DNA of 64,000 nucleotides from positions 152,584,001-152,648,000 of the forward strand of contig NC_086097.1 in NCBI RefSeq assembly GCF_963921235.1. Direction: 5' to 3'. Both the position numbers and the translations under genes were made by a program. Shown here one piece after another: positions 49,770 through 62,672 of the stretch (its first letter is position 1; every line of letters begins with the position of its first letter). The notes under the pieces are model-generated. The model was given only the letters and a program-made list of their open reading frames with translations. It ran no database searches and was not told the origin of the DNA. The DNA is from Mobula hypostoma. Lineage: Eukaryota.

Positions 49770-52700
49770 TGGTTCTATGCTTCAGCAGAACTGGAAATAG
49801 TTACAGACAAAAGTACTGCATTTAATATTTCGGTAATATTTGAGTAAGTTTCTGTTTGTTTACATTATGAATTATGAGTTATACATAAGAAATATGTGAA
49901 TGGAATATGTCATTAAGCCACCACATTTTAAGTGTGTACCTCACCAAAGTAAGAAGGAAGTAAACACATTACTTCCAGCTCCGTAGTTTTATGTTTTGGA
50001 ATTACAAAACGTATCATTGGTGACAAGGTAATTTTAAAACGAGGGAGGGAGGGAGAGAGAGGGAGAGAGAGGGAGAGAGAGAGAGAGAGAGAGGGGGGGA
50101 GGGGAAGAGGAAATGGTTGGCTACATTTGGAAAGATAGGTGTGTTTGATCTACAACAGATAGCTGGATGATGTATACTGAATGAATTGAGCAGCGTTTTA
50201 AAGCAAATGAAATAGCCAATGAAAAGTGTGTGGCAGTGGTACCAAATGCAATAGGTGGAACAGCACAGAGTTTGTATAGAAGTTTAACTGCTCCAACAAA
50301 CCAGTCAAACTGAGCATTGCTGATATCATAAAAGTAATGCAAGAACAATTGATGATTGCAGAACATTTTAAGTTTCATAAGTGGAGTCAAAAGGCAGGAG
50401 AGCTCATTTCAGCTTATGTGGTTGAATTGAGGAGACTATCTGAGCATTGTCAGTTCAGCAATGATACGCTGAGAGATCATTTAGTTTGTGGAAACTTACA
50501 AGAAAACATTCAAAAATGACCTTCAACTGAAGCACAACCTACATTTTAAAGAGCAGTTAAAATCACTGTATCAATAGAAATCACAGCCAGAGTAAAATAC
50601 TATTAAATAAAAATGCCATACCCAAGTGTTACCATATTCATCCAGCTCCTCATACAATCTGTGATAAAGTAGCCAGTGAGCTAGATCACATGGAGGGTGA
50701 AGGGATTTTCTCCAAGGTTGAGTGGTGGCCATGGGCAATGCCAGTGGTTTTAGCAGCCAAGAAGGATGGGTCTGTCAGGATCTGTGGTGACTCTAAGGTT
50801 AACATTAACCTTGTACTGAAAGTAGATCAATATCCTCTGCCCAGGATAGAGGATATCTTTGCAAACCTTTTGGAGGGAAACAATTCAGCAAGTGGACTTA
50901 GCTGAGGCCTACCTGCAGATAGAGATGGAAGACGAGTCCAAAATGTTTCTCACGATAAACACTCACAATGGGCTTTATCTCCACAAAAAGCTTACTTTAG
51001 GTGTAGAAGCTGGACTAGGTGCTGCAAGGCTGCCCAGGCACTTAGTGTTACCTGGATGACATCATTGTTACAGGTGAGGATGAGAAGGAACATCTCCAAA
51101 ATATCAAGCCATTGTTAAAAAGATTAGATTATGTGCCAAGAGCACAATGTAATAAACATGAACTTTTTAAACCAAACATTACTTATTGTAGTCACACCAT
51201 TGAGACACAAGATTTACACCGTTTGCTGAGAACAGTGGTGCATAACTCCAGGCCAAAGGATGTGTCACAGTTGTGGTTCTCTTTAGGATTTGTAAATTAT
51301 TATAACGGGTTCTTGCTAAACATGACAACTGTGTTCCGTCCCTTGAATTCATTACTACAGATCGGGAAGAAATGACGATGAACAAAGCAGTGTAAGGCGG
51401 CTTTCAAAAAGACAAAGGAATTGGTAACATCAGACGCTGTACTTACACATCGTGATCCACATTGTCCTGTAATCTTTGCCTGTAATACTTCTTCTTATGG
51501 TATAGTTGCGGTCATATCACATGTTATGAGTGATGGAAGTGAATGCCCCGTAGCCTTTGCATCAATTGCCTTTATTTCTGCGGAGAAGAGTTACGCACAG
51601 ATTGACAGATTGATTGGATTTGGTTTGCGGTGAGAAACTTTTCAATCAGTACCTGTATGGGAGATAGTTTACCCTTATTACTAACTATCAATCACTTGTG
51701 TCCATTTTCAATCCACAGAAGGATGTTCCGCTAACAGCAACAGCATAAATGCAGGGGAGGGCTCTGTTACTTGGATGACTTAATCATAATATCGAATTCA
51801 AAAAGACAACCAATCATGGAAATGCTGATGTATTGTCCCATTTATTCTTGGAAAATAATATATCAGAAGAACTTGCAAGAGTTTACTCTCCTCTTGACGT
51901 ACTCTCCCTAATGCAAATCAAATCCCCTTTTACATCAAAAATGATGGAAAGGGAAACTAGAAAAGGCCGCATACTGTCTCAGGTCTACATGGTAACCCAA
52001 AATAGTTGGAATGTGCAGAAGAAATTCTAGTTCCCTATTTTTTATCAATAGGGGATGAACTTGCCCTTGATGGGGTTTGCCTTATGTAGGGATTCAGCGC
52101 TGTTTTACCATCCAAGCTGAGAGCTACTTGATAGTTAGGTAGTCATGGCCAAAATAAAGGCGTTGGCCCAAGGCTTTTTCTGGTGGCTTAGGCTAGGTCA
52201 GTAGCTCGAGCAGTTTGCCCTGTTAGAGGACTCGTGGATTTTGCTGGTCCACTCATGGGCATAAGTTTCTTAGTGGTCAAGGATGCAGCTACATAGTGGC
52301 CAGAGGTATTCCCAATAATCCCCACTACAGTCTTACATACTGTGGATGTGTTGATAAGCCTCTTCTGAAGGACTGGTGTCCCAGCACACTTAATCAGTGA
52401 CAGTGGACCACAGGTTGTTGCAGAACAGTTTCAGTCATTCCTGAAAATGAATGGAGTAAGACACATTTCATCCGCACAATTGGTTGGTGGAAAGATTTGT
52501 CCAGAGTCAAAAGAAAGCACTGTGAGCAATGACAGCAGAACACAATACCCTGACGCTGATTCAGAAACTCTCCAATTTCCTCCTGCATATTGCAATGTAA
52601 CATACCCTACAACCAACAACTCAGCAGCTATGCTGTTCCTGGGTTGACCCTTGCACTCACACTTGGATCTGCTCAAACCCAGTCTCAGAAGGAGCACGCA

Positions 52701-53235
52701 GGGCAAACAGCTGAGACAAATTGACGACTCCTCAGTCAAGAAGGTTTGATGTTTTACTCTTGGCCAAGCAGTCCTGGTGAGGGACTACAGAGGTGATCAA
52801 AAGTGGGTACTTGAAAAGATTAAGGGCAGAACTGGACCATTCTCCTATATAGAGGAGATTGCATGTGATGTCATCTGGAGATGACACACTGATCAGTTGA
52901 GGAGAGCAGAGTGAATTGTTAGAGAAGAAAGATGTCTAAAGCTGTCAGAATTACTTCCTGCAGTCCCAGAGTCAACTCCTATAACCACCATGGAGGAGGC
53001 CCCAGAAACTGAGATTGTTTCAATTCTACAAGACTCTCCTGCCAAGTAGATGTTGAACCCTTGTCAGAAAATACGTTATTCCATAGACTAAGAAATTCTC
53101 CACAGTGATTAAGTCTTTAGGCCTGAATGGGACAATGCTGTGGATGCCTATATGACAATATATATATATATATAGATGACTAGAGAGCAATACATTACAT
53201 ATTTGAGTTGAAATGCCTTCTCTATTGTGCGCTGA
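49770..53235 (+). mobile_element. Gypsy (Mag-like) LTR retrotransposon, degenerate and deleted; 5' LTR ~49770-50016, PBS-like TGGTGACAAGG
   Basis: gag IAEHFKFH...ELRRLSEHCQF..LRDHLVCG. RT WAMPVV..KKDGSVRICGD, YPLPRIEDIF, YLDDIIVTG. RNase H ACNTSSYG, AEKSYAQID. Integrase VDFAGP, SDSGPQ. Confidence 0.9.
50041..50110. repeat. (GA)n/GGGA purine microsatellite inside the Gypsy leader
   Basis: Direct reading. Confidence 0.9.
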
Positions 53236-53244
53236 GAATGGGTT

Positions 53245-56080
53245 CAGAGGTAGTGGTATGTTCCTTGTGTGAGACATGGGAACTCTGGACACTTCCATTC
53301 TCCCTGATAACTACCTCTGCACAAAATGTGTCAAGCTATCGCTCCCTAGAGCCCATGCTCAGGAACTAGAGCTGCACCTCAATGACCTTTGGCTCATACG
53401 GGAGAATGAGGAGGTGATAGATAGGAGCTACAGGGAGGTAGTCACTCCTAAGTTTCAGAAGGCAGTTAGCTGGGTGACTGCCAGGAAACGGAAAGGGAAT
53501 AGGCAGCCAGAGCAGAGTACCCCTATGATTGATGCCCTCAATAATAATTATACTGCTTTGGACACTGTTGTTGGGGGGGGGGGGCGGTGTTAGGAAATTA
53601 CCCACCAAGGGGATGCCGCTGTGACTGGTTCTCTGGCTCAGGAGGGAAGCAATGAGAAGAGGAGAGCATTAGTGATAGGGAATTCCATAATTAAAGGAGC
53701 AGAAAGCAGTGGATGAAAATGAGATATCCAGGTGGTATGTTGCCTCCCAGGTGCAAGAATTAGGAATATCTCAGATCTGGTCCACAGCATTCTAAAAAGG
53801 GAGGGTGAATAGCCGGAAGTTGTGGTATGTATTGGTATCAAGGACATAGATACAGAAAGGGAGGAGGTCCTGAAGAGAGAATATAGGGAATGAGGCGGAA
53901 ATATAGAAACATAGAAAACATACAACACAATACAGGCCCTTCAGCCCACAAAGCTGTGCCGAACATGTCCCTACCTTAGAACTACTTAGGCTTTACCCAT
54001 AGCTCTCTATTTTTCTAAGCTCCATGTAGCCATCCAGGAATCTCTTAGAGGACCCTATCATTTCCACCTCCACCACCACCACTGGCAGCCCATTCCATGT
54101 ACTCACCACTGTCTGAGTAAGAAACTTACCCCTGACATCTCCTCTGTACCTGCTTCCAAGCACCTTAAAACTATGCCCTCTCATGCTAGCCAATTCAGCC
54201 CTGGGCTGAAAAACAAGACGTCCAGGGTAAATAATCTCCAGATTTGTGCCTGTGCTACATGCTAGTAAGGGTAACAATAGGATGATTTAGCAGATTAATG
54301 CATGGCTGAAGAATTGGTGCAGGAGCAGTGTTACAGATTTCTGGATCATTGAGAGCTATTCTGGAGAAAGCATGACCTGTATAGAAAGGACAGGTTACAC
54401 CTGAACCCAAGAGGGACCAATATCCTTGTGGGGAGGTTTGCAAGAGCTTTTGCGGAGGGTTTAAAGTAATTCGGCATGGGGATAGGAAACGGAGTGATAG
54501 GGCTGAGGTTGGAGCAGCTAGTATACAACTAGATGCAATGTGTAGTGAGACTGTGAGGAAGGACAGGCAGATAATAGGGCAAAATGACAGTCAGTAGGAT
54601 GAGTGTAGCAGGGGGCCAAAATCAAAAAAAGGTGATGAATACAAGACTGATGGTGTTATATTTGAATGCACACAGTATACGGAATAATGTAGATTATCTT
54701 GTAGCGCAGTAGGAGATTGGCAGGTACAATGCTGTGGGCATCTCTGAGTCGTGGCTGAGAAAAGATCAGAATTAACATCCATGCATATACATTGTATCAA
54801 AAGTACAGGCAAAGGGAGTGTGATGGCTTTGTTGGTAAAAAAAAATTAAGTCCTTTGAAATAAGTGAGATGTGATCAGAAGATGTAGAATCTTAATGGGT
54901 GGAGTTAAGAAACTGCAAGGGGAAACAGGCCTCTGAACAGTAGCTAATATGTCGTCTACAAATTACAATGGGAGATAGAAAAAAAACAAGTAAAAAGGGC
55001 AATGTTGCAATAATCATAGGGGAATTCAACATGTAGATAGATTGGGAAAATCAGGTTGGCGTTGGATCCCAAGAGAGGGAATTTGTAGCACATCTATCAA
55101 ATGACATTTTAGAGGAGCTTGTGGTTGAGCTCACTGGGGGAACAACAATTCTGGATTAGGTGACATGTATTGACCCAGATTTGGCAGAAAAGCAATGGCT
55201 GGTGTTTCTGAGGGAAATTTGGAAGGTACCAGATAGATACATGAGGAAGTATTCTAAAGTGAGGATAAGGGGATAAGGCAACTGTGGCTGACAAGGGAAG
55301 TCAATGACAACATAAAAACTAGAGACAGCAGATAATATTGCAAAAATTAATGGGAAGTTAAAGGATTGAGAAGATCTTAAAAATGACCAGAAGGCAACTA
55401 AAAATACCATAAAGAGAAAAAAGATGAAATATGAAGGTAAGCCAGCTCTTAATATAAAAGTGGATACTTTAATATGGCATAAAGAATGGACTATTTTCTA
55501 AATGGGAGAAAAATTCCAAAATCAGAGGTGCAAAGAGACTCGTGAGTCTTTATGCAGGATTCTTTAAAGGTTAAGGCAAATGCAATGTTAGCATTCATTT
55601 CAAGAGGACTAGAATATAAGTGATGCAAGGCTTTATTAGGCATTGGTCAGACTGCACTTGGATCACTGTGACCAGTTTTGGGCCCATTATCTAAGAAAAG
55701 ATGTGCTGGCATTGGAGAGGGTTCCAAAGAAATTCACGAGAATGATCCCAGGAATGAAAAGTTTAACATATGAAGAACATCTTATGACTTTGGGTCTGTA
55801 CTCACAGGATTTTAGAAGAACGGAGGAGGATCTCATTGAAATGTTTTGAATATTGAAAGTCCTAGATAGAATGGATTCATTGCCACAGTTAGTTGTGCAC
55901 ACCAACTCATTGTGTATAGCTAAGATGGAGGTTGATAGGTTCTTGATTAATTAGTGCATCAAAGATTACATAGAGAAGACAGGAGAATGGGGTTGAGAGG
56001 GAAAATAAATCAGCCATAAATCAGAATAGAGGAGCAGACTTGATGGCCCAAATGGCCTAATTCTCATCTTATGGTGTTAT
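53245..56080 (+). mobile_element. Near full-span but deleted CR1: ORF1 (zinc finger/leucine zipper + SGNH esterase), APE remnant, 3' end
   Basis: YLCTKC, ALVIGNSIIKG, CCLPGARI, LHLNPRGT; YLNAHSIRN, IGEFN; VRLHLDHCDQFWAHYLRKD. Nested minus-strand CR1 piece at 53902-54204. Confidence 0.88.
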
Positions 56081-56540
56081 AACTCTAAGAAATTGAATCT
56101 GTAATTCGATTCTATTCATCTCTTTGTATCCAATATCTTTTGGTCTTCCTACCAGACTAAAATTTATTTACATTATTCTTGATCCAGAATTAATAGCAAT
56201 TTGAAAGACAGAATACTCCAAATTTTATTACTAATTAAGATAATTTCCTCTTGTTTTGCAATAACTACCAAATTAAATAATTCTTCTATATTATTATTTT
56301 ACAGCTCTTGTTCAGGCTGCATTTAAACAATGCAATATAACATAGGTTTGTGCAATATAATATTGATTCAACTTTTTCCTCTCTACAGGCATGTGCTTTG
56401 CATTATCAGAATTCTACTTTTGGTTTCAAGTTCAAATGTTTTACATGTCTCAATGTTTGTTCCCTCTCCATTTCAATGTCCTTATTTGTCTGTTAACTGA
56501 GTAACCCCATAACCACCTGGGCAACTGAGCCCTGACACTA

Positions 56541-57158
56541 CACTGGACAGCAATTTTTTTTCTGAAGTGTTGCTTCATCAGAATTTTTTGTTAATGATAG
56601 ACTGCTTGAAACTGAACATAAATATGATTTCAGATACTTGTATCATGTAGGAATTTGGAGAAACCAGAAACTAACTTTTATTGAATATAATGTGTTTAAC
56701 CTTAACGTGTTTTGTTAATGATTTTCATTTTCAAAAACAGCCTTGAATGCTTTCCATGCAATCTTCTCTAGTCCCAATAGAAGTTCTTCTAATAGACAGT
56801 CATTGGTGACCTGTTTGACTCGTGGACCAACAAAAATGCTTTCCTTAATCTTAGCATCAGTTATTCTGTAAAACATTTGTGTCCATTATTGAAATCCTTC
56901 TCAGAAATTCATAGGCTTTCTAAAACCTGTCCTGCCTAAGCATGCCCAGGCATGCATGGACAAGATAGCAAACTTTTCATCTTACATTGTGAGCAACAGT
57001 TTAATTGACTTGAATAATGAATTGAAATAATAAATATAGGTGATTACAAACAATGATGTGTGATAGGGAAATTTCATGGTGATTTTCATGGTTAGCAGCC
57101 CAAAATCCACAAGATACACCCAAAAGTATTCAGGAAGCAAATTTTTTGCTGTCCAGTG
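56541..57158 (-). mobile_element. Chapaev3-like non-autonomous deletion derivative (618 bp)
   Basis: Perfect 13-bp TIRs CACTGGACAGCAA / TTGCTGTCCAGTG with flanks CTA/TTA. Homologous to 5372-6550. Confidence 0.8.
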
Positions 57159-57164
57159 TTAGCA

Positions 57165-58173
57165 GAGATATCCATTTTATCCTACTCATCATTCTTTCCA
57201 TCTCTGCAACTATTAAAGTGGACACCAAACCAGATACAGAAAGTGTAAAAGAGTGATGAGAGTAGGTATCGGACTGCTGGAGAGGTGGTAATAGTGGGTA
57301 AGGAAAGGGCGGACAAAATGAGTAAGTATTTTGCATCGGTCTTCTCTATGGAAGACACTAAAGTTCAAAACAAAATTTATTATCAGAGTACATACATATC
57401 ACCACATACAACTCAGATTCATTTTCTGCAGGCATACTTAGCAAATCTATAGAACAATAACTGTAAACAGGATCTGTAACTGTAAACATCAGGAACTGTA
57501 AACTGTAACTGAATTGTGCAGATGTAGATAAAAAATAATAGCAATAAATAATGAGCATGAAATAACAAAAAAAAGAGCCCTTAACTGAGTGTAGTTATCC
57601 CCTTTTGTTCAAGAGCCTGATCGTTGAGGGGTAGTAACTGTTCTTGAACATAGAAATGCAAGTCCTGAAGCACCTGTAGCTTCTACCTAATGGCAACAGC
57701 AAGAAAAGAGCTAGGCCTGGGTGGAGAGGATCTTTGATAATGGATGCTGCTTTTCTACTGGAATACTTCACGTAGCTGTGCTCAATTGCTCATACTAGCA
57801 GTATGGTGGAAGTTCCAGGTATCAGGGATCATGAAGTGTGTTAAGTTACCATTACTAGAGAAAAGGATATTGGGAAACTAATAAGTCTGAATGCACATAA
57901 ATCACCCGGACCAGATGGTGTACACCCCAGAGTTCTGAAAGTGATGGCCAAAAAGGTTGTGGAGGCATTAGAAATTATCTTTCAGGAACCACTAAATTCT
58001 GGAATATTTATGGGGGACTGGAAAATTGCATATACCATCCACTCTTAAAGAAGGGAAGGAGGCAGAAGAAAGGAATCTATAGGCCAGTTAGTCTGACCTC
58101 TGTGGTTGGGAAGATGTTGGAGTTGATCATTAAGGATGGGTTCTCAGGATACCTGGAGGCACATGATAAAATT
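57165..58173 (+). mobile_element. CR1 ORF2 fragment with nested minus-strand Rex1 3' piece (57358-57790)
   Basis: YFASVFSMED, KSPGPDGVHPRVLK, YRPVSLTSVVGKMLE. Confidence 0.85.
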
Positions 58174-58857
58174 GTCATGGGGGGGGCGTAAGGAACTGAC
58201 TCAAATGCAAGACACAGACACCGAAGTACTAGGAACAGGAATGGACAAAATTAAATGACGGTACAGGACACAGATTTGGAGTAGGGACAGGTACACTGAC
58301 TAGGCTAGGGAAGCAGGACCAGGACGAGGGACTGGGAACAAGGAGCCTCGGCGTGGACTCCGAGCCAGAGACTGGACAAGGACCCAGAACCTGGGTCTTG
58401 ACTCGGGATCAGACCCCAAAACCAGGCGAAAACATGGCGAGGCTCGGGCTCCTGGAGGTCAGGCGAAGATGTGGTGAGGCTCGGGCTCCTGGAAGCCAAG
58501 CAAAGATGTGGCGAGGCTCGGGCTGCTGGAGGCCAAGCGAAGACGTGGTGAGGCCAGGGTACTTCAAGGCAACTCCTGGGCAGGACACAGGACTCCTGGA
58601 CCGGACACAGGACTCCACCCCACTGAGGCAAGGATAGGTAGGGACAGACTCAACCGCAGGGTAACAGCAAACAGCCTGGCTTACCCGACAGAGGCAAGGG
58701 ACAGGAAGGGAGCTAGGTCCGAGGTGGCTCCAAGACTCGAGGCGGCCGGTAACCTCAGCGGGCTACAGAACAGCCAAATCCATATCTCAATGGCTGCACT
58801 AGCCTTCCACCAATGAGTTGCTCCAAGGGGAGACTAACAAGACAACCCCACAACCAC
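58174..58857. mobile_element. LTR-like segment with an internal minisatellite, truncated by the Nimb insertion
   Basis: Starts TGTCATG at the CR1 breakpoint, GC-rich, similar in style to 28049-28150. Confidence 0.55.
58423..58553. repeat. 37-bp tandem repeat, ~3.5 units
   Basis: AGGCGAAGATGTGGCGAGGCTCGGGCTCCTGGAGGCC-like units. Confidence 0.9.
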
Positions 58858-61800
58858 ACTTCTTCTTCTTTGAGTTTTTACGGCAGTTGGTATCCACACT
58901 GTTGCATTACTGCCATCTTCAGGATTTATTGTCCTTCATTGTCCATTCACTTTAAAGCCGTCTTTCCAGTCCCGTCGCCCTTAAAAAACTAAACAACCGT
59001 TTCCTCCCCTGATCACTCTCCCCACATTCCAATAAACCTTTAACACTGTTCTCTACCAGTCCTATTTTGCATAATTGCTGTAACATTGTTGCCTTTCCTC
59101 AGCAAATTTCTGGCATGAAATAAGGATATGCTCTACTGTTTCAGTCTCCTGACATAGATCACAAAAACCTGTTGGATGCTTATTTATAATGGCCAGAGTG
59201 CCATTAAGGTTGCTGTGCCCAATTCCCAGTTTACTTATAATTACTTGCTCCTTCCGCTTTACTACCCTACTTCTTCCCATATCTACTCTGTTCTGAATTG
59301 AATGTAAATGTCTTCCTTTTATTGCTCTATCCCAATGCTGCTGCCACTGTTGATTTATTTTTCTCCACACTATGCTCTTCCCCTCTGATTTTGATAGTTT
59401 AATATTGACCTCTATAGATCCTTTTTTGACTGCTGCTTTTGCCAGCTTATCTGGTGTCTCATTTCCCATAATACCTGAATGTGCTGGAACCCACATGAAT
59501 GCGATAGTTTTGTCTTGTCTAGCCAGTCTTGAATTTGCAAACAGGATTTCATAAAGCAGATCCTGGTGACCTCTAGCTGTACCCGCCTTAATGCTTGCAA
59601 GGGCCGATACAGAATCGCTACATATCACAATATTATTACAATCAACCTGCTCACTCCATTCTAGTGCTAACAATATGGCAAACATTTCAACTGCATATAC
59701 ACTCAAGCAATCAGGTGTTCTCTTGCTAATTTCCACTCGATAACTTGGTACAACGATTGCAGACCCTGCTGCACCTGTGTCTGGACCCTTTGATCCATCC
59801 GTAAAAATCTGTATGCCTTTATATTTACATTCCCTATAACTATGATATTCACTGAGTGTATCAGCTATCTTATTACTGTGTTTAATCTTAAGCAATTCCA
59901 AACCTACAGAGGGATTTTCTAATACCCAGAAAGGTCTGACAGGCCACACCACATTTGGACAAAACTCTTTATACACCCGTATCTTTTGCTGTTTGCTCTC
60001 CTGTCCAGCCAAAACTTTCTTTTTGTGTCCTCTCCTTCTCCCAGCATGTCTGCAACACCATTTTTGTAGGATGGCTATCACCATGCCCCCTTAAATTAAT
60101 CCAGTAATTGGTCTCCAGCTGTTTACACAGCAGCCCCAATGGCATTTCATTTGCTTCAACTTGGAGTGCACACACTGGGGAAATTCTAACCTCTCCCAAG
60201 CACACCCTTAGAGCCCGAGCTTGTACGATACAGTATGCAGTTCTGCTAGCACAGATTTTGCTGCTGACCCGTGTACAGTACAACACTTCCATAGTCTAAT
60301 CTTGATCTTATTAATGCTACATAAATATACTTCTGTGATGCAAAATCAGCACCCCATTCTAATCCAGCAAGACACCTCATGATATTTATCACGTTTTTAC
60401 ATTTACTAACTACATATCAAACATGTTCTCTCCATGTTAATCTCAAGTCAAAGTGCACTCCCAAAAACCGAAAACTTTCAACTCTCTCCAGGTTACTTCC
60501 ATACAGATTCAAATTAAGTCCCCTGAACTTTTTCCTTGTAAAGAGCATGGCTTTTGTCTTCTCCACTGAAAATTTAACACCCCACTTTGTCCCCCACTCT
60601 TCAACTTGATTAATTCCATCTTGCATTTTTGTAACTATATGTTCAATATTTCTCCCCCTTTTCCACAAAGCCCCGTCATCTGCAAACAATGATCTCCCCA
60701 CTTCCATTGGAATATTTTCAAATATATCATTTATCAAAATGGAGAATAAAGTTGGACTCACTACACTCCCCTGAGGCATCCCGTTTTCTACAACATACTG
60801 GCTTGATAGCTCTGATCCTATCTTCACCTGAATAGTTCTCCTATTTAAAAAGTCCTTAACCCAATTGAACATCGCACCTCCTCCCCGATTCCCCTTAAAT
60901 GTAGCTTGATTAGGAGCCTCTCTTTCCATAACATATCATAAGTTTTCTCAACATCAAAAAAAAACTGCAACCACTGTCTCTTTATACTTGAGCTTTTCTT
61001 ATTTCATCCTCTAGACACAACACTGCATCCATAGTATTCCTTCCTTTCCTGAACCCGCACTAACCTCTCATTTATCATACGTTCCATAAGCTTACATACA
61101 TGTTACGTCAAGGCAATTGGCCTGTAGTTTTCTGGCCTGCTGGCATCTTTCCCAGGTTTCCTTATTGGAATAATTATTGCCTCTTTCCAGCTCCATGGTA
61201 TTCTCCCTTCATCCCAGACTTTGTTATACAGAAGCAGTAGTTTCTGCAAACTTCCTTCACTCAAGTGTTTTATCATATCATAACATATTTCATCTTTACC
61301 TGGCGTAGACTTTCCCGTTTTATCTAGTGCCTTTCTTAATTCTCCCGTGCTGAAAGGGACATCTTGCACACCGTCAAGGTTAGTTTTCCTACATAAAGTC
61401 TCCATACTTTCAGCTTTTGTTCTCTCTCTACCTCTTCTTCCCTTCTCAGACAAATTATCAGAACTATGTACCATAACAAAAGTGTTTGCCAACAACTCTG
61501 CCTTTTCCTTATTTGTTACTGCAGTCACATTTCCATCAACCAGAACTGGGTACCTCCACTCTCTCCTGTCCCCCCTATCCTTTTTATCATCCCCCGCACC
61601 TCTCCTACTTGAGTTGTGTTTCCGATTGAATCACAGTACTTTCTCCAGTGCGTCCTTTTAGCATGTCATATTGCCCTCCTTACTACTGCCTGAGCTTGTT
61701 TGTACTAAATCATGTGCTGGAAGTTATGAGTTCTTTTAACCAGTTTAAATGCCTTATTTCTATTTCTCACTGCTTCCTTACAATTATCATCCCACCATGG

Positions 61801-62110
61801 TATTATCCTCTTCTTTATTCTTCCTTTACTTTTAGGAATGGATTCTAATGCAGCTGATATTATACCTTGTTTTAATATGCTGTCAAGTGTTTCTATGTCC
61901 ATTCCATCACTGACCTGACTTAGATATCTATCATTTTTTTCCGGAAATTTCTCCCAATTGGCTTTCTCAAGGATCCATTTCCCACCTGTATTCTCTGTGA
62001 CCAACGAGGCAGAAATATTTATCTTGCACCAGATTGGGTAATGATCACTCCCTACAGTTGCTTCTTGGTACACTAACCAATCACACACTGATGTAATGGA
62101 ATTCGATACT

Positions 62111-62672
62111 GTTGTTCGTCCATCACTGGCGTCGATGAGGACCTCGACACCATAATGATGGTGTCGAGACTAGCGCGTGATTTGGATTTAAGTGAGGGAG
62201 AGTTGCTCAGCGTCAGCCTCACTCTCTCTTCCCAATTCCCATCTGGATCCAGTGGCAAGACAGAGTCTAGACAGCTGGAGATGGGACCTAGACGCAGTGG
62301 ATGACCAGGACGTCTTCTGTGTCTTGTCCTGCTCTATACGTTCCACGACGCTTGCAGAGACCGCCTTCTTGACCGTTGGACCTTCCATTGATCTCGTCCG
62401 CTCAATCCGCCGGAGTCTGTCTTCACATGCTGGGATAGACAACTCGCTATCTCACTGAGGGTTTGAGACCCATCGGCTACCCTCACCTGGTTTAGTCGGC
62501 TTGTCGAAGCCGTTGCCCGGGTGGCTGCTGTCGCATGCAAACAGCTACGGGGAGCCACAGGTGAGAGCTGAGTGCCAGTTGGGGACCAAAGGTGGACTAA
62601 CCACCCTGAAAAGATTGCGACGTGTTCCCCCACCAGAGGTGCTACCCCTCCCTGACACCCCATACACCCCAC
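62111..62672 (-). mobile_element. ~560-bp non-coding RTE-like retroelement inserted in the Nimb APE domain
   Basis: Host frame DLTLV|SNSITSVCDW rejoins across it. (CAA)n tail GAACAAC, GC/CpG-rich body, structured 5' end. Confidence 0.8.
62482..62670 (-). ncRNA. HDV-like ribozyme fold (putative, mutated copy)
   Basis: P2 CTCACCTG/CAGGTGAG, P3 GGC/GCC, L3 TCC, P1.1 GG, GGGCAAC junction, P4 CGGCTT/AAGCCG, J4/2 ACTAA. P1 is only GGGT/ACCC. Confidence 0.7.

Noticed and set aside
58423..58553. Regularly spaced repeats resembling a CRISPR array
   Set aside because: Units are contiguous with no unique spacers, there are no cas genes, and the context is eukaryotic.
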